Positions 23,901-36,878 of a stretch of 64,000 nt of DNA are shown here, in pieces. How positions within the stretch are numbered: the first letter of the stretch is position 1; each line of letters opens with the position of its first letter. A model generated the notes under the pieces. It saw only the letters and a program-made list of their open reading frames with translations, was not told the origin of the DNA and did not search any database. The DNA comes from Dimorphilus gyrociliatus (Eukaryota; Animalia; Annelida), in contig CAJFCJ010000003.1 of assembly GCA_904063045.1 (NCBI GenBank), forward strand, positions 1,240,001-1,304,000, written 5' to 3'. The position numbers and the translations under genes were made by a program.

Positions 23901-26900
23901 GCTTCTTTTGAACGCGTCTTGCATTAAGTGTTCAAGAGATTTGAACTTTTCCTCGTCAGAGGCTGCCTTTTGCGTATATTCCCCAATGGCTTTATATTTA
24001 TTTAACTCCCTTTTCATATTCTCTAGATCGTTTCGCAATTGTTGCGATCCAATTTTTTCATTGACTAGATCCTGTCGGAGAACAGTTATCTCCCTACTCT
24101 GAACTCCACACTTTTGAGCTAATTCACCATTATCTGACTCTAACTCTTGAATTTTGACGTTTGTTTCCAAATATCTATCAGCAATTCTCTTTACTTGTTT
24201 TAATTCTCTCTCAACAACAACCGACTTGGAGCGTTCCTCCTCAAAGTTCTTTTGACTCTGCTCAACAATTAGCCGTAATTTCCGGAGTTCATTTTCCAAA
24301 TCCGCCTTGCAATTAAGTAGATCGGCATTTTCCGTTTCAAATTTTTCTATCTCCTTCTCAATCTCTTCATATCTGTTAGCCTTCCTTTTCAAATCTTCAA
24401 AGCTCCTCTCTATATCTGACCTTTCGCTGAGAACCTCTTCCAAGCGACTCGTAGCTATTTCAACAGACTTTCTCAATTTGCGAGTTTCAGCGGTCAATTT
24501 CATATTTTCAACTTGTAACTTTTCATTCTTACTCCTATCTTCCTTAGAGAGATTGTTCAAATTTTTTAATTTATTTATCTCCCTCAATAGATCCTCTTTC
24601 TCATGTTCAAAATCAACAGCTTTCATAGAAGTATTCTTTACACTTTCCAAACATCTATTTAACCTTTGATTTTCTGTTGATAAGGCAATGTTTTGCTTTT
24701 CCGCCTCCTCTCCTTTCTCTACCCGAATACGAAGATTCGAGGCGATTTTATTTAATTTCCGATTTTCAGCCTCTAAATCAGCTGTTTCAACCTCTAACTT
24801 TTCATATTTATGTTCAATGAAAGAATATTTAGCCACCTTTTTATGCAAATCATTACACTCTTTCTCATATCTTTCATTTTCCTCTTCTAATTCTTGAATT
24901 TTGTTATCGTTTGATTCTCTTTTCTTTTTTTCAAATTCAAGATCTCTCAATCTTGTAGTAATCTCTTTAACAGTATCTTGTAACCTAACATTTTCTTTTT
25001 CCATCTCGCCAACCTTAATGTCGTTCGTCTTTTCGCAACGTTTCCTTAACGATGATAAATTCAAATTTAACTGTTCATTCTCAACTCTAAACTCTCTTAA
25101 TTGCCTTTCCATGTTTTCTCTAACAGTATCCAAAGTCTTTTCTAAGCCAACCTTTTGCGATGTTAGCTTTTCTTTTTCCTCTTCTAAAAGTATCATTTGT
25201 TCATTTTCTTTCAATTGAACCTCTTGCATGCTTTCGACCTTTCGGCTAAGACGTGCATTCTCCTTTTCAACTTCCATTAAGCGTTGTGCAGATTCCAAGG
25301 CAGCATTCTCTTTCATTTCGGCTAATTGTTTCGTTAAACGATTATTCTCCATCTCAAGGCGAAGTATCTTTGCATTTGACGAATCTTTAAGTTGTTCACC
25401 AAGAGATTTTGAAAGGTCTAAACAAAAATGAGAGATTTCAATGCAAAAGATAAAATAGATAAGCATAGATTTTAAGAATTAATTAAACTTAAATAATTAA
25501 TTTACAAAAAAGAATTAAACTGAAATCAACAAGAAAATAAAAAGATATTATTATTAATATAATATTTTTTTCAATAGTAATAATAAAAATAACATAAATG
25601 CCTATTTGAAAAAAAAATACCATGCTTTAATCGAGGTAATTTAGACTTCATTGTCCAGTTAAAAATGAGAATTATACTACATCACTCAGCGTTTAGCGTT
25701 CAAGTGACATGGATTACATTAATTAGTTCTACTCAAAGTAGAAGGAATAAAAAAGCTTGTCGCGGTACCTAAACTCTTTTTAGTTTTGTTTTGTTGTTGA
25801 TAGTGCTTGTTTTTTTTTCAATTAACATACTCAAAGTTAGAATTTTATAACTATTTTAACATATATATATACTGTATATAAACAATTGTACATATATATA
25901 TATATATTTCAAGTAATAAAAGAGACGCTTACTATTGCTAGCATTAAACTTTGCTCTAGCCAACTCCTCTTCTAAATTTGCACTTTCTGTGAAAGACGTC
26001 TTCTTTTCAAATTCTAATCTTGCATTTATTTCAATTAATTCCTCCATTTTTTCACGACATTCGTCCCTTTCCTAACATTTTACAAGAACTTTTTTACGAA
26101 TGCTAACATTATTAATGTAATAAAGAAGATGAAACAGTTTTTTGGTGACGCTTCGATGAATCGATTATCTTTTGAGGATACGATGTACCTTTAAAAGCTT
26201 ATTATAGTAATAAGATTCGTTTTGTAGCTGACAAAAAGAGCTCTTTTTATATAAACACAAAAAATGAACAATTTAGGTTAGCTGATCAGACAAAAATCGA
26301 GGTATTTTATACTTTCATTAATTCTATTGGACGGTCCCTAGAGCATCTTATTCTTAAATAAAACGAGTAAATCTTTCCAACAACTTCGCATGCGGCATCT
26401 TTCATGTCTTTGTTACCAAATATAAATATTAACGGATTACACGATAAACCACTGACAAGTAGGAGAACACCGATAAAGTACAGATGATGACGATAATAGG
26501 GAAAATAGATAGTATTTGGTATAAGTGTAAGACTTAATGCAGAGAAATTTAGACATAAAGCTACGAAACAGAACAATGCAGACCTAGATACAGTTCGAAT
26601 TAGACCTGAATCATTTAAGGCTTCCGTTTGAATTTTTTTAGCATGTTTTGCAGCTAATCTAATAATATAGATATGTATACTAATACTTACACTTGTAAAA
26701 ATGATCATTACAAAGTAAAAGAAAAGGTAAAAGAATCTATCTATGGAAATGATATTGTTACATAAAGATTTCGTCATAGAAACTCCAAAAATATACTTAT
26801 GGTAGAGAGGATAAAGTGCGAAAATCAAGCCGAATATAATACCACTAATTATCATAAGAATAACTCTTGGTTTCGATAATAAACGATCATATTTAAAAGG

Positions 26901-29900
26901 AAAACGTACAGTAATAAAACGTTCAACGTATACGCACAAAATCAGATAATTTGATAAAATCATAAAGAAAAATAATGACAGTGTATATAGCATACAAGTT
27001 ATAGTATTTACATGCATCGTACTTTTTGTTTCAAGTCTTAGAAACGTACAGGAAAACAAAATATCAGAAAAATTCAATGCAATTAATATAAAATTCTTAC
27101 TTGTTCTTAAACTATTATAAATTACAAACAATGATAAGGAAAATATATTAATAAACATCCCTAAGAAAGCTAATATATTATAAAAAGTCAAATATATTGA
27201 AATCACTGATAAATACGTTTTACGATATATTTCGTCTGGAATAGTCGTATTATATCTATTATATTCCATTTTACAGCATCGCTCAGACAAAACACTATGA
27301 GCTAATGAGCAAGATTCCTTAATGATATTTACAGAAGGCTTGGATGATAAAATAAATGCACAACTGTTTGTTATATCTCAGTAGATAAAATAAAAAAGGT
27401 TTATATAGTTTTTATCATAATCAACATTAGTACAGATAAAAATATCTTGGGTTATAAATAATATCGTTTGAATATCTCTATAATCGTGGAAATCTAATCG
27501 GGCTTTTAATATATAAACGTTAAATATTAATAAATGTTATTATTAAAGAGAATGTGATACTATTATTATTATTTTTTTTACCAAGATTCGGCTTAACTAA
27601 ATACAGGAAAAAATAATTATTAGCTAACTTGAAGAGCTTTCGCAGCTGGGAAGTAAGATAAGACTATGCCTGTTTATCGCTAACTTATTTGTATTTTTCT
27701 TGTTTTTAGAGCAATATTATGGTAGGGGAACAAAACAATCATTTACTTAAAAAATTGGGATATTGAATAAGCGTCACCAAATACGTGTTTCTTCTTATAT
27801 CATTTATATATATATATATATATATAAATATCAAATAGCTCTCACCTTACAGATCATATCAAATTTTTCTTTGTACTTGATCAAATCATTTTCTAATTCC
27901 ATTACTCTTTCAACTCTCTTTGAACTACCGTCCAATTTTTCCTCCAACATCGTTCGGGTTTCGTCTAAAATTCTATTATCTTCTCTTAATTCCTAATAGG
28001 TTATTAGCATAAGGCGATTAAGGTTTTAGTTGTTTTTTTCCCCCTGTAATTAATTAATAACACCTACTTCTACTCTTGTCTTAAAATATTCAAATTCGTT
28101 AAGTTTGTTTCTTAATTTCTCATTTTCCGCTTCGTACTTTTCAAATCTTTGAGCTTTTTCCTTCCAAACATCCAATTCGTCTCGATAAGTTCTTGCTGAC
28201 CTTGCATCTTGAATTAGTATTCTATTCTAAAGAGATTTAAAACAAGAGTTTTTATTATTGATTATTTAATGTTTCAATTAATTAGCTAATATTTACTTCT
28301 TGCTTGATTTTATTTAAGTCCTTTTGTAGTATATCTAATTCTTCAACATATTCGTGTATTTGCTCCGTTCTTTCTTCCCTTTGAACATAAAAAGGTCATG
28401 ATTTATAATACGAAATCCGCAAGTTTTTATTTAAGCTTACAATTCTTGTCTAACTTTTCTTAACTTGGCCTTATTTTCGGCAAGTTCTAAAGCTTGGCTA
28501 TTTTGCCTTTCAGGACTGGGAGCGGCTTTGGGTTGTCTCTGAATTTCAACTTGTGCTTGGCACAATTCGTCAACAGTTGTCGTCAAATTCTTCATTTCGT
28601 CCACGTAAAAATCTCTTTCTTGAACTAAAGACCGAAGATGATCTCTCATCGTCCTAGATAATTCTGATCCCTCATCGTCTGGAAGATCTACTGAGAAAAC
28701 GTTTTTTCGGTCTTCGGTTATCTGTTTATCAAGTGATTATATGAGCTCAGAATTCATCTTGGTCGGCAAAACATAAATTATTATAGAAATAAACATTAAG
28801 TCTAAATTACAAACTAAATAATATAAGCAAACTATAAATTTGGAGAGTAAATTGTACATCTGTTTTTCAAACACTTTGTTACAGCATTACTCAGCCTATA
28901 ATTGCCTATTAGTTTCAAAAATAAGATTTGTGGGAAAAAGAGAGAGAAAGAGAGGAGGGGAAAATGAGAAGTGAATCTATATAATCTGCAACCTTGCAGT
29001 CTTAACCTGTACAAGTGAGAATTTGTGGGAAAAAAATAGAGAGAAAATGCGAGATAAATGAATAAAACCTGCAACTTTACAGTCATATCTTACGCAAGTA
29101 AGAGATAAGGGAAAAGTAAACAAAAAAGAGAAAAAAGTTTAACCTTTAACAACTTATCGCCTAGAAAGTTTTCCCTCTTGAACTTTCACTTAGAAAGCGT
29201 TAAAATATTCTTTTTAATGATCTAATTAACAAAAGAAATAGTCAATACAAGAAATTTGCCAAGTTTTCCCTTTAATGCTACAACCTTTGTTAATCTTATG
29301 TCACAATTGAAGTTTTCCGATAATTTGCTTTTAATTTGTCACAATTATTATTTGTATTGTTACGTATGTCTATTAGGATAATGGAAATTAATTATTTATA
29401 TTACTATATTATCATTAAGATGTAGGGAAAAGAAAAATGATTACTTTTTTGTGTCAGTATGTAAAAAACACTAAAAAAATATGCCAATTAACAAAGAAAA
29501 CGTCTAAAGTAAATAACGAGGACATTCGAAAATCAGTATTATATAATATTATATAATTATTACAGCTGTAGCGATCATTCAATCGTTGATAAAATGCATT
29601 GTACCTCTTCTCTCTTATGTAATATACGCCATTTATATGCGTTTCATGTAATTCATTATCTAGCGAAAAATCACATTCGAATACTAAAAGACGGATTATT
29701 TTTGAATGAAAGCAATTCAAAGGTATTTTATCATGATTTGACTGTCACCCCCTACCCGTCTTCTTTTGATGCAATTTCAAAGCTATCTAATAAATTTATG
29801 ACGTAATCTTCTATTCATCTCGCAAGGAAAGAATTTATAGAATATTAATAGATAAACATTAAAAATAGATAGAAATTGCTAATCAAAACTTTCGATAGAA

Positions 29901-30081
29901 AATAACCCATAGTTTTATACGTAACTGCAACTTTCGATATTAATGATGCGACTAATCATTAGTTAAAGTCATTAACTCAAGTAACAGGAAATGAGGTAGA
30001 ATTGCGGATAACATAGAAGTTATGTAATGAGTTTGTTTAACAATTTGAGTGTTTTTACCTTTCCTAGGGGAATCGATAACC

Positions 30082-30118
<37 letters not shown>

Positions 30119-31644
30119 ATTCATTTGTTCATTTTCAGCTATAATAGGAAATTCATTAGCAATTTTGAATTTTTACTTCAAAGGAGCCTTAATTAATATT
30201 CAAATATATTTATACCGGCATTTTATGTTTCTAATGCATTTAGAACTCTAACGTGCTATTTTCTTTGTTATATTTACATTTAACTCTGATTATGCACTAA
30301 ACAATAACCTTCTTTTGTGCCTCTGCCTTCTTATATTCGCATAACTCTTTCATTCTACCAAACTATTACCTAACAATGATTTATATCGAAAGATTTGTCA
30401 CTATGAAATATTCACAACGATTTCAAAAACTCTTAAATAATTCTACTATAAATTTACCATAGGTATTGAGAACTATGCTCTTTATTCTGGCAATGATTAC
30501 CTAACCACTACTCACTATGAAAGTGTTTCCCAAAGCTAAGTTTCAAAGATTTATTCAGTGGCAACTTTTACAGCGATCGCCCTACTCTAATATTTCTTAC
30601 TGTTGTCTTGTTAAATTTGACATTACACATATCCATAATATTAATAGCTATTAAACACAAGGGAAGAATAGCTAATCTGCAAGTAAATAATACAAGAGAG
30701 GATAAATTGGTATCTAGGTCAACTATAGGTTGTCTACTGGCCCTTATACTAAAATGCAATCTCTTGCAGTAGCTTTGCATTAGAGTCTATAGGAGAATAC
30801 TCAAATATCGAGAATCTTTACTCAAATATAATAATTCATTTTAACGCTGTAAGCAATCCTATAGTGTTTATAATACTTAGAGAAGATTTTAAAAAGTCTT
30901 TAAAAATGAATCTTTTAAAGTATCCTTAAAAGTTAAAAGTTAATAAACTATACATAACAGTTGTTTACTATTTCTTTGAATAAATATAAAAGTATTCTCG
31001 CTTTCCTATTATTTATTATATTTAAAAGGTTAAAGGTAATTGAAAAGAAATTTAAGCTTATATTTTATCAGTTGTTAACTCTAATAGTAAAATGTTATTA
31101 GAAAACAATACTACAATCATTTTCATAGACATTATTAAAATCATCATTTCTATAGCTATTGTCATAGAAATAAGTGATAATAATATAAAATTCGTATGTA
31201 ATTAAGAGTTTTAAGTCAGTAATAGTAAACGTATGCAAGTAAGTTAGTATCAGTTAAAGCGTCATGCTGAAAATGCTTCAGTTTAAAATAATTAATAAAA
31301 TTCTTTTTATTAAAGGGATACGATCTCATCAAGCGTTTAAAGTGATCAAATACTTTTATTTTATTATATCAATACAAGGTTAATACAAATCTCTCTTTCT
31401 CTCTCTCAGATTTTACAACATTTTGTTTTTTAAAGTATAGCTTCTATAAAACGTATAAAGATATTGTAGACTATATTTAATAAGTATAAATTATGATTAT
31501 GAAAAGCTTAGAAATTGATAATAAATCGAAAAAATATTATTGTACAGGTGATAATTATAAAAATATATTATAATTTAGTTTATATAATACATTCTACACG
31601 GGGCGTAAGAAAAAAATGCGTTAAGAAGCTTATCGTAACTGCCT

Positions 31645-31680
<36 letters not shown>

Positions 31681-34600
31681 GCAGTCACCAACGCCCCCCT
31701 CTTCATTCTTGTCTTTTTTTATAATAAAAAATGGTTACTTTTCTCAACAATATATAGAGTTTGCTTAGTGAACAATAAAAGAAGGAAAGGTGGAATATTT
31801 CAATCTAATAAGTTCGTTCTACCTTTCTTCTTAATCTATAGACTGTTAGAAGTAAATCTTATATCTATGTCGTGCAAATTACAATATATGTATATACTGT
31901 ATATAATATATTTTTAACTGGTATAATATTGATTATAGTCATATCTCAGTATTTTGCTTCTCTTAATTGGTTTCCCTAAGTTTCTATTTGTTCAATCTCG
32001 TCTTTGTTTTTTTTACACTCTTTATGTTATCTATCTCTTGTCGATTTTTTTGAAAGTAAATTTTTTTTCTTCTAAATATTTTAACTAAATATCAAAATAT
32101 TGATTCGTCTCACTGACAAGCAGATAAATATCATCGTTTTTCAAATTCCTTAGTACTATTTGCTGACGTGATTGATGGCGAATACTTATGGTTTTAATAA
32201 ATATTTACTGATTAAATATAGTTAAAACATTTTGTTTTTTTTTTTATAAAAAAAAATACCATCACGTCACTATATCTTAAAGATGACACGAACTAAATTC
32301 TAGATAAAACGTTCAAGTTAATATTTAAATGCTTACCTCTTTTATAACATCTACAATTGCAAATTGAACTTCTAATTCTAATCTTTTTTCGATCGTCTCG
32401 ATAAATTCTTCTTTTCTTTCGCATTGTACTGCACAGCCTAAAATTAGTAGCAGTACCTTATAAACTTCAAAGTGAGCTGCCTCTGTTGAAAGACGAATTA
32501 ATTACTTTCATTCTATCAACAAGAAGTAAAAATTATTAGTTTACAACTATTTATCAATTCACGATTTACTTTTTAACATGAAAAAAAACTCTCAAAATAC
32601 AACACAAGATAATAATAATAAAAAAAATAGATAAAGCGAAAATCGTACAAGAAGAAAGTTTCGTCTTCTAATTTATAATATTAAAAATATGTATCAGTTT
32701 ATTTATTATTTCTCTTAAAAAATTCAAATGATAAGGAAGGCAGTAATTAGTTTATAACCTTGCAGCTAATTTTATCATGGAAAACATTGCTTATCAATCA
32801 ATAAAAATTAGATACTTAAGAATATATTTTTATTTTTTAAATTGAGCCTGAATTATCTGGAAGACTAATAAAAAATACACAAAAATATGGATTTATTAGC
32901 TCAATATGCTATATAAATAGCAATAGACGATACTCTACTTGATAGCTTAAGGACAAAAAATATTCAAAAAGCTAAAAGAAAAAGACAATAACAAAACAAA
33001 ATGCAAGAAATAAAATGACATTCAAAACAACGTAAGAGACCCTACTAATTAACCCTACAACAACGAACACTACTATTAGCATTCACTTATCGAGGGTAAT
33101 TAAGGTCGGAAGAAAATTTAGAATCTATTGTTATTAATAAACGAAGTAAATAAAAAGTGCTACCAGCATGAAATATAACAAAAAAAGAATTACGGATGGA
33201 ATTTAATCGTGCCGAAAGCTCATTTAAATAAATTTCTGAATAGTTAAAAATCTAGACAAATTGCCAACATTTTTTTATTTAGTTCCATTTTTACGGGATA
33301 AAAATTTTTCATATCGATTCACGCTGTTTTCTCTACGTGAATCAATATATTTAGATATATTTTCGATAAAGGAATAGACATTTTAGGGCGATAAACTATT
33401 AAGAAAACAAAGTATGAACAGCAACTCTTTCGGCTTTTTTTATTAATTGTATAGCAAAAAGTAAAATGACTTGTTGTCAGACTCTTCTCAAACAGAATAT
33501 ATAATCCACTTTGATGAGAACTTGAACAAAGAGAGTTTTAAACAATTCAAGAGTTGTTCTGCACTAGTTAACAAAATCACAAATTGATCGAAAAATTGGA
33601 CAAATAAAGTAGGTTACCGACAGAAAAAAGCGGAACGAATCAAGTAGTAAAGAAAATGTGTATTAATTAGGGTAAGTGAAGAAAAATATACATACCCGTT
33701 TCTGGTTCTTTACTAATGCAAATGATGTTCGGATGAGGCATGACGATAAGCTGTTGAAGAACATCCTGAAAAGTTTAATTACAGATAAATAGAGATTTCC
33801 TTTATTGATATACTATGCTGTAGCAACAGATGGTTTCCCAATAGAATAAAGAAAAAATGTTTGTTCAATTCGACCCGTTAAAATAAACAAACCCGTACCT
33901 TTGCAAACATTTCACTCACTCGCTAAAAAAAAAATCTCTCGCTCATCCTAAGGCCTATAACTACAGAAAAACTAGACATAATAACTTTTTTATTTAGATA
34001 TTTAGATATATACGTATTCAGTGTAAATATTTTTGAAAGGACATATTTCTCACTATTCTATTAAGGTAATATAGTGTAAAATACTATAATTAATCGTCTA
34101 ATAAGATCATTGTAAACATGTAATAAATGCTACACAAGTAAATAAATCTTTAATCTCTCGTACAGTAAAATTTTCAATGAGATATCCATCAAGTAAATAT
34201 CAATTAGTTCATATTTAATAAATACAAAGAACATAATCTAGGCCTCTGACCAGGGTTAATATTATAATTTCAACAACTTGTCGAAAATATACCCTTTTCT
34301 TTCATATTCATTAAGTGGATAAAGGGCACTATACTACTGAAATGATAAAGAAAGAAATTTTTCACTAACCAAACACCAGACACATATCCTAACGATTATT
34401 GAACAATTAATAAAGAAAGAGAGAAAGAATTACATTAAATAAAAGCAAACAATAGAAAAACGGAACAGGAAATCGATGTCATCGAATAGTTAGAAGACAT
34501 AGATTGTAATGTAATACTTTACAAATATAACTTGAGAAAAAGTTGATAAACCACTATAGTGACATAGAGCAAATGTGTTTCGAATACTCTTTTTGACCTG

Positions 34601-35955
34601 AAACTAATTAATAAACGGGTAAAACTTGAATATTAAAATAGAAACAGAATATTTACATACACATAAATAGATATATATTGAAGAGTATACATAACTATCT
34701 ATATATAACTTTTAAACTACTATACTAATAACGTAATAAAAGCAGTGAAAAGTCAGCAATACGCCTCTAATCTGGTAAATCTGCAACTGTACAAATAAAT
34801 AAGTTATTCTACCTTTTTGGTTTTGGGCATATAACAGTGACCTGCATTTTATTTCTTTAAAAAATCTTACACAGAGAAAGTAAAAACAAAGGATCAATAA
34901 TCGATAATGCTGAAAAATTGAACAGGGATAAACGCTACACACAGACAAGTTCTTTTTTTTTATAGCCCCCGACAAAGCGGACGGCGTTTCCATAGTAATA
35001 TTGTAAACAGTTATTCGTTCGATAAAATTTTGACATTCTTCGAGGGTTGTCTTAACAAGTGAATAGTTTTTCTATTAAATAAAATAAAGATGTACAAAAA
35101 AATCAAAAATCAAACAGAATATTTCCATTCAGTCAACAAAAAATTGCGATAATTTATAGCGATTATGAGTTTTCAATGGCATTCGATTACAGCTCGATAA
35201 GGCGTAATAAAGTTATGCGACAAAATCCTCATTCTTTTACGTTAACAGACAAAGAATCTAAGATCGGTTTTCTTTTTTTTATCAATTGTTCAAAGTTATA
35301 TATGTAAATAATTTAAACTAGGCTTAGATGAATCAAGAACTTATTTTCTCAAACCTGCTATTAGGTAATAAAAGATAAGACAAACAAACCTGATAATAAG
35401 TACGAATATTTCTTAAAAGAATATCCCAATTTTGTAGCCTGTGTTTCGGTTGATCGACTTTGATTAATAACCCCTCAGTATTGGCTTTCGGATCACTTTT
35501 TTCAAAGAAAATCAATGTAAAAATATTAATTGATGTGTAATTAAGGTATTTTTATTGTTCATCGTTTTGCTATATTAACATATCCGCTTTACCAATTAGG
35601 GAATTAATATATTAGGATGTTGATGTAAACAAAATGTCATATGAGGGGCGAAAAGAAATCAACAGTTTGAAATTTACTCATGCTCACGATGCTTTTCAAA
35701 TACCTTAATCATTCTTTAGTAATAATAATACAAAAAACAACTAACATTTGACTAAGCACGTTATTCAAGAATACACCATCGGATAAATCCTTATATGAAA
35801 GAATATCTCCATCAGTAAAAGTTTGTATCTGTACAATCAATATGTATAAACAATAATCAATATATAAATAAAAAAGATTAAGAATTGTTTTTACAAAAAC
35901 ATACCCAAATAACCAAAGGGTTATTCATGATCGACGGTGTTATTAGCATTGACAT
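20906..35955 (-). CDS. CCDC88: Girdin/Daple (CCDC88, Hook-related) coiled-coil protein, 16 coding exons, ~1621 aa
   Basis: Exons 35955-35905 (NNPLVIW), 35828-35746 ([14 protein letters not shown]), 35495-35390, 33765-33696, 32482-32337 ([11 protein letters not shown]), 28721-28441, 28378-28297, 28226-28068, 27992-27846, 26071-25933, 25417-22715, 22343-22236, 21902-21840, 21778-21737, 21666-21572, 21496-20906 sum to 4866 nt. Hook domain, long coiled coil, [13 protein letters not shown]-like motif, GBA motif, C-terminal WYEYGCV. Confidence 0.93.
21590..21631 (-). other. GBA (G-alpha binding and activating) motif [14 protein letters not shown] within CCDC88
   Basis: Matches the human GIV/Daple motif pattern EV/MVTLQQ/EEFLEESN. 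Lies in the 95-nt exon 21666-21572. Confidence 0.85.
26307..27269 (-). CDS. Intronless class A orphan GPCR G3 (~320 aa) nested in CCDC88 intron 9, same strand
   Basis: 7[41 protein letters not shown]. Same family as G1/G2. Lies between CCDC88 exons 27846-27992 and 25933-26071. First ATG at 27269. Confidence 0.88.
   Translation of the reverse strand: MEYNRYNTTIPDEIYRKTYLSVISIYLTFYNILAFLGMFINIFSLSLFVIYNSLRTSKNFILIALNFSDILFSCTFLRLETKSTMHVNTITCMLYTLSLFFFMILSNYLILCVYVERFITVRFPFKYDRLLSKPRVILMIISGIIFGLIFALYPLYHKYIFGVSMTKSLCNNIISIDRFFYLFFYFVMIIFTSVSISIHIYIIRLAAKHAKKIQTEALNDSGLIRTVSRSALFCFVALCLNFSALSLTLIPNTIYFPYYRHHLYFIGVLLLVSGLSCNPLIFIFGNKDMKDAACEVVGKIYSFYLRIRCSRDRPIELMKV
28925..29105. repeat. Degenerate ~95-bp tandem duplication in CCDC88 intron 5
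   Basis: Two units, each starting atttgtgggaaaaa(a) and containing ctgcaac(c/t)tt(g/a)cagtc...caagt. Confidence 0.55.
30027..30800 (+). pseudogene. GPCR pseudogene of the G1-G3 family, antisense in CCDC88 intron 5
   Basis: Fragments in shifting frames: [12 protein letters not shown] (TM1), [17 protein letters not shown] (ERF at 30388-30396) and [30 protein letters not shown]...VSRS (TM5-6). Multiple stops and a (TA)n expansion near TM1. Confidence 0.8.
31648..31675. repeat. (GA)n microsatellite
   Basis: About 14 GA units, seen directly. Confidence 0.9.
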
Positions 35956-36219
35956 GTTTTTAATGCATCTTTAGTTCCGAATACTTGCAACAAATAATAT
36001 TTTGCCAAAAAAAACAACAGCAAACTCATAAACTTTTCAAGGCAGGTGAGTTCTCTGTCTAAACACGTTCAATCTTCGATTTCCTTTCGAAGGGTCAAAA
36101 TATTTTTTTATTCAATATTCCACTAGTCGTCGTTTCTTAATTTCACAGCTTAGCAAAGTGTAATTTAAATAAAATACTGAAAAAATCAGTTAAAACGATG
36201 AAAATCCACTAAAGTTTCA

Positions 36220-36375
36220 TTTGGCGGCCTAGCATGCCTTTCTGCGAGACTCTTGTGCAGAATCTAGCCAATCAGCAACAGTCTTATAGGTTCGGTGTTC
36301 CTTTCTCCTATAGCCGGGCGATTTTTAGGCGGGAAATATCTATACAAACTAAACTTTTTTTACCGCCATAATTTA
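36220..36375. promoter_or_regulatory. Putative CCDC88 upstream regulatory region (CCAAT box, E2F-like and YY1-like sites)
   Basis: GC-richer patch about 300 nt upstream of the CCDC88 ATG: agccaatcag 36266-36275, ggcgggaaa 36328-36336, ccgccat 36363-36369. Motif matches only. Confidence 0.35.
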
Positions 36376-36878
36376 ATCATGTCCTCCACGAGATTTCTTA
36401 ATATTACAAATACGACGCTATTTAAAATAATAATTTATATTTAAAAAAAGGATTTTATCGATTGTTTTTGATCAACAAGAAAAGCGATTGAAAAAGAATG
36501 CATTTACAAAAAAGACTTTTACATTGAGTGTTTCAATTTCTGTAATTCTTACAATGGTATATTTAAATATAAAAAAATAGGATGTAAACGAAAAAAATTG
36601 AACAAAATGCGCGGTATTTCCTAACATAAAAACGAAATCTTTCACCTAAAAAATTGGTCAAAAGACCGACTTAATTAAAAAGTAACTTTCTTAAAAATTA
36701 TACCTATAATTTATAAATAAAATCAACAATATTGTTTAAAATAAAACAAAAACATATTGAAGCGAATTTAGTATATTTTTAAAATGAAAAACCGCGCGAT
36801 TTACAATTCGTTATTTTTTTTTTTAAGGGTTCGACAACGATGCATATTCTGAAAAAAAAACAATACACCACCATTCTC

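Noticed and set aside
22715-25417. 2.7-kb single exon in a micro-intron genome
   Set aside because: It encodes the ordinary CCDC88 coiled coil. Large central exons are common in this family and there is no sign of retroposition.
29440-29700. Possible second GPCR remnant on the + strand in CCDC88 intron 5 (KNTKKI...IRKSVLY, TPFICV)
   Set aside because: Similarity to the G3 ICL3 and TM7 is too weak and fragmented to support without a profile search.
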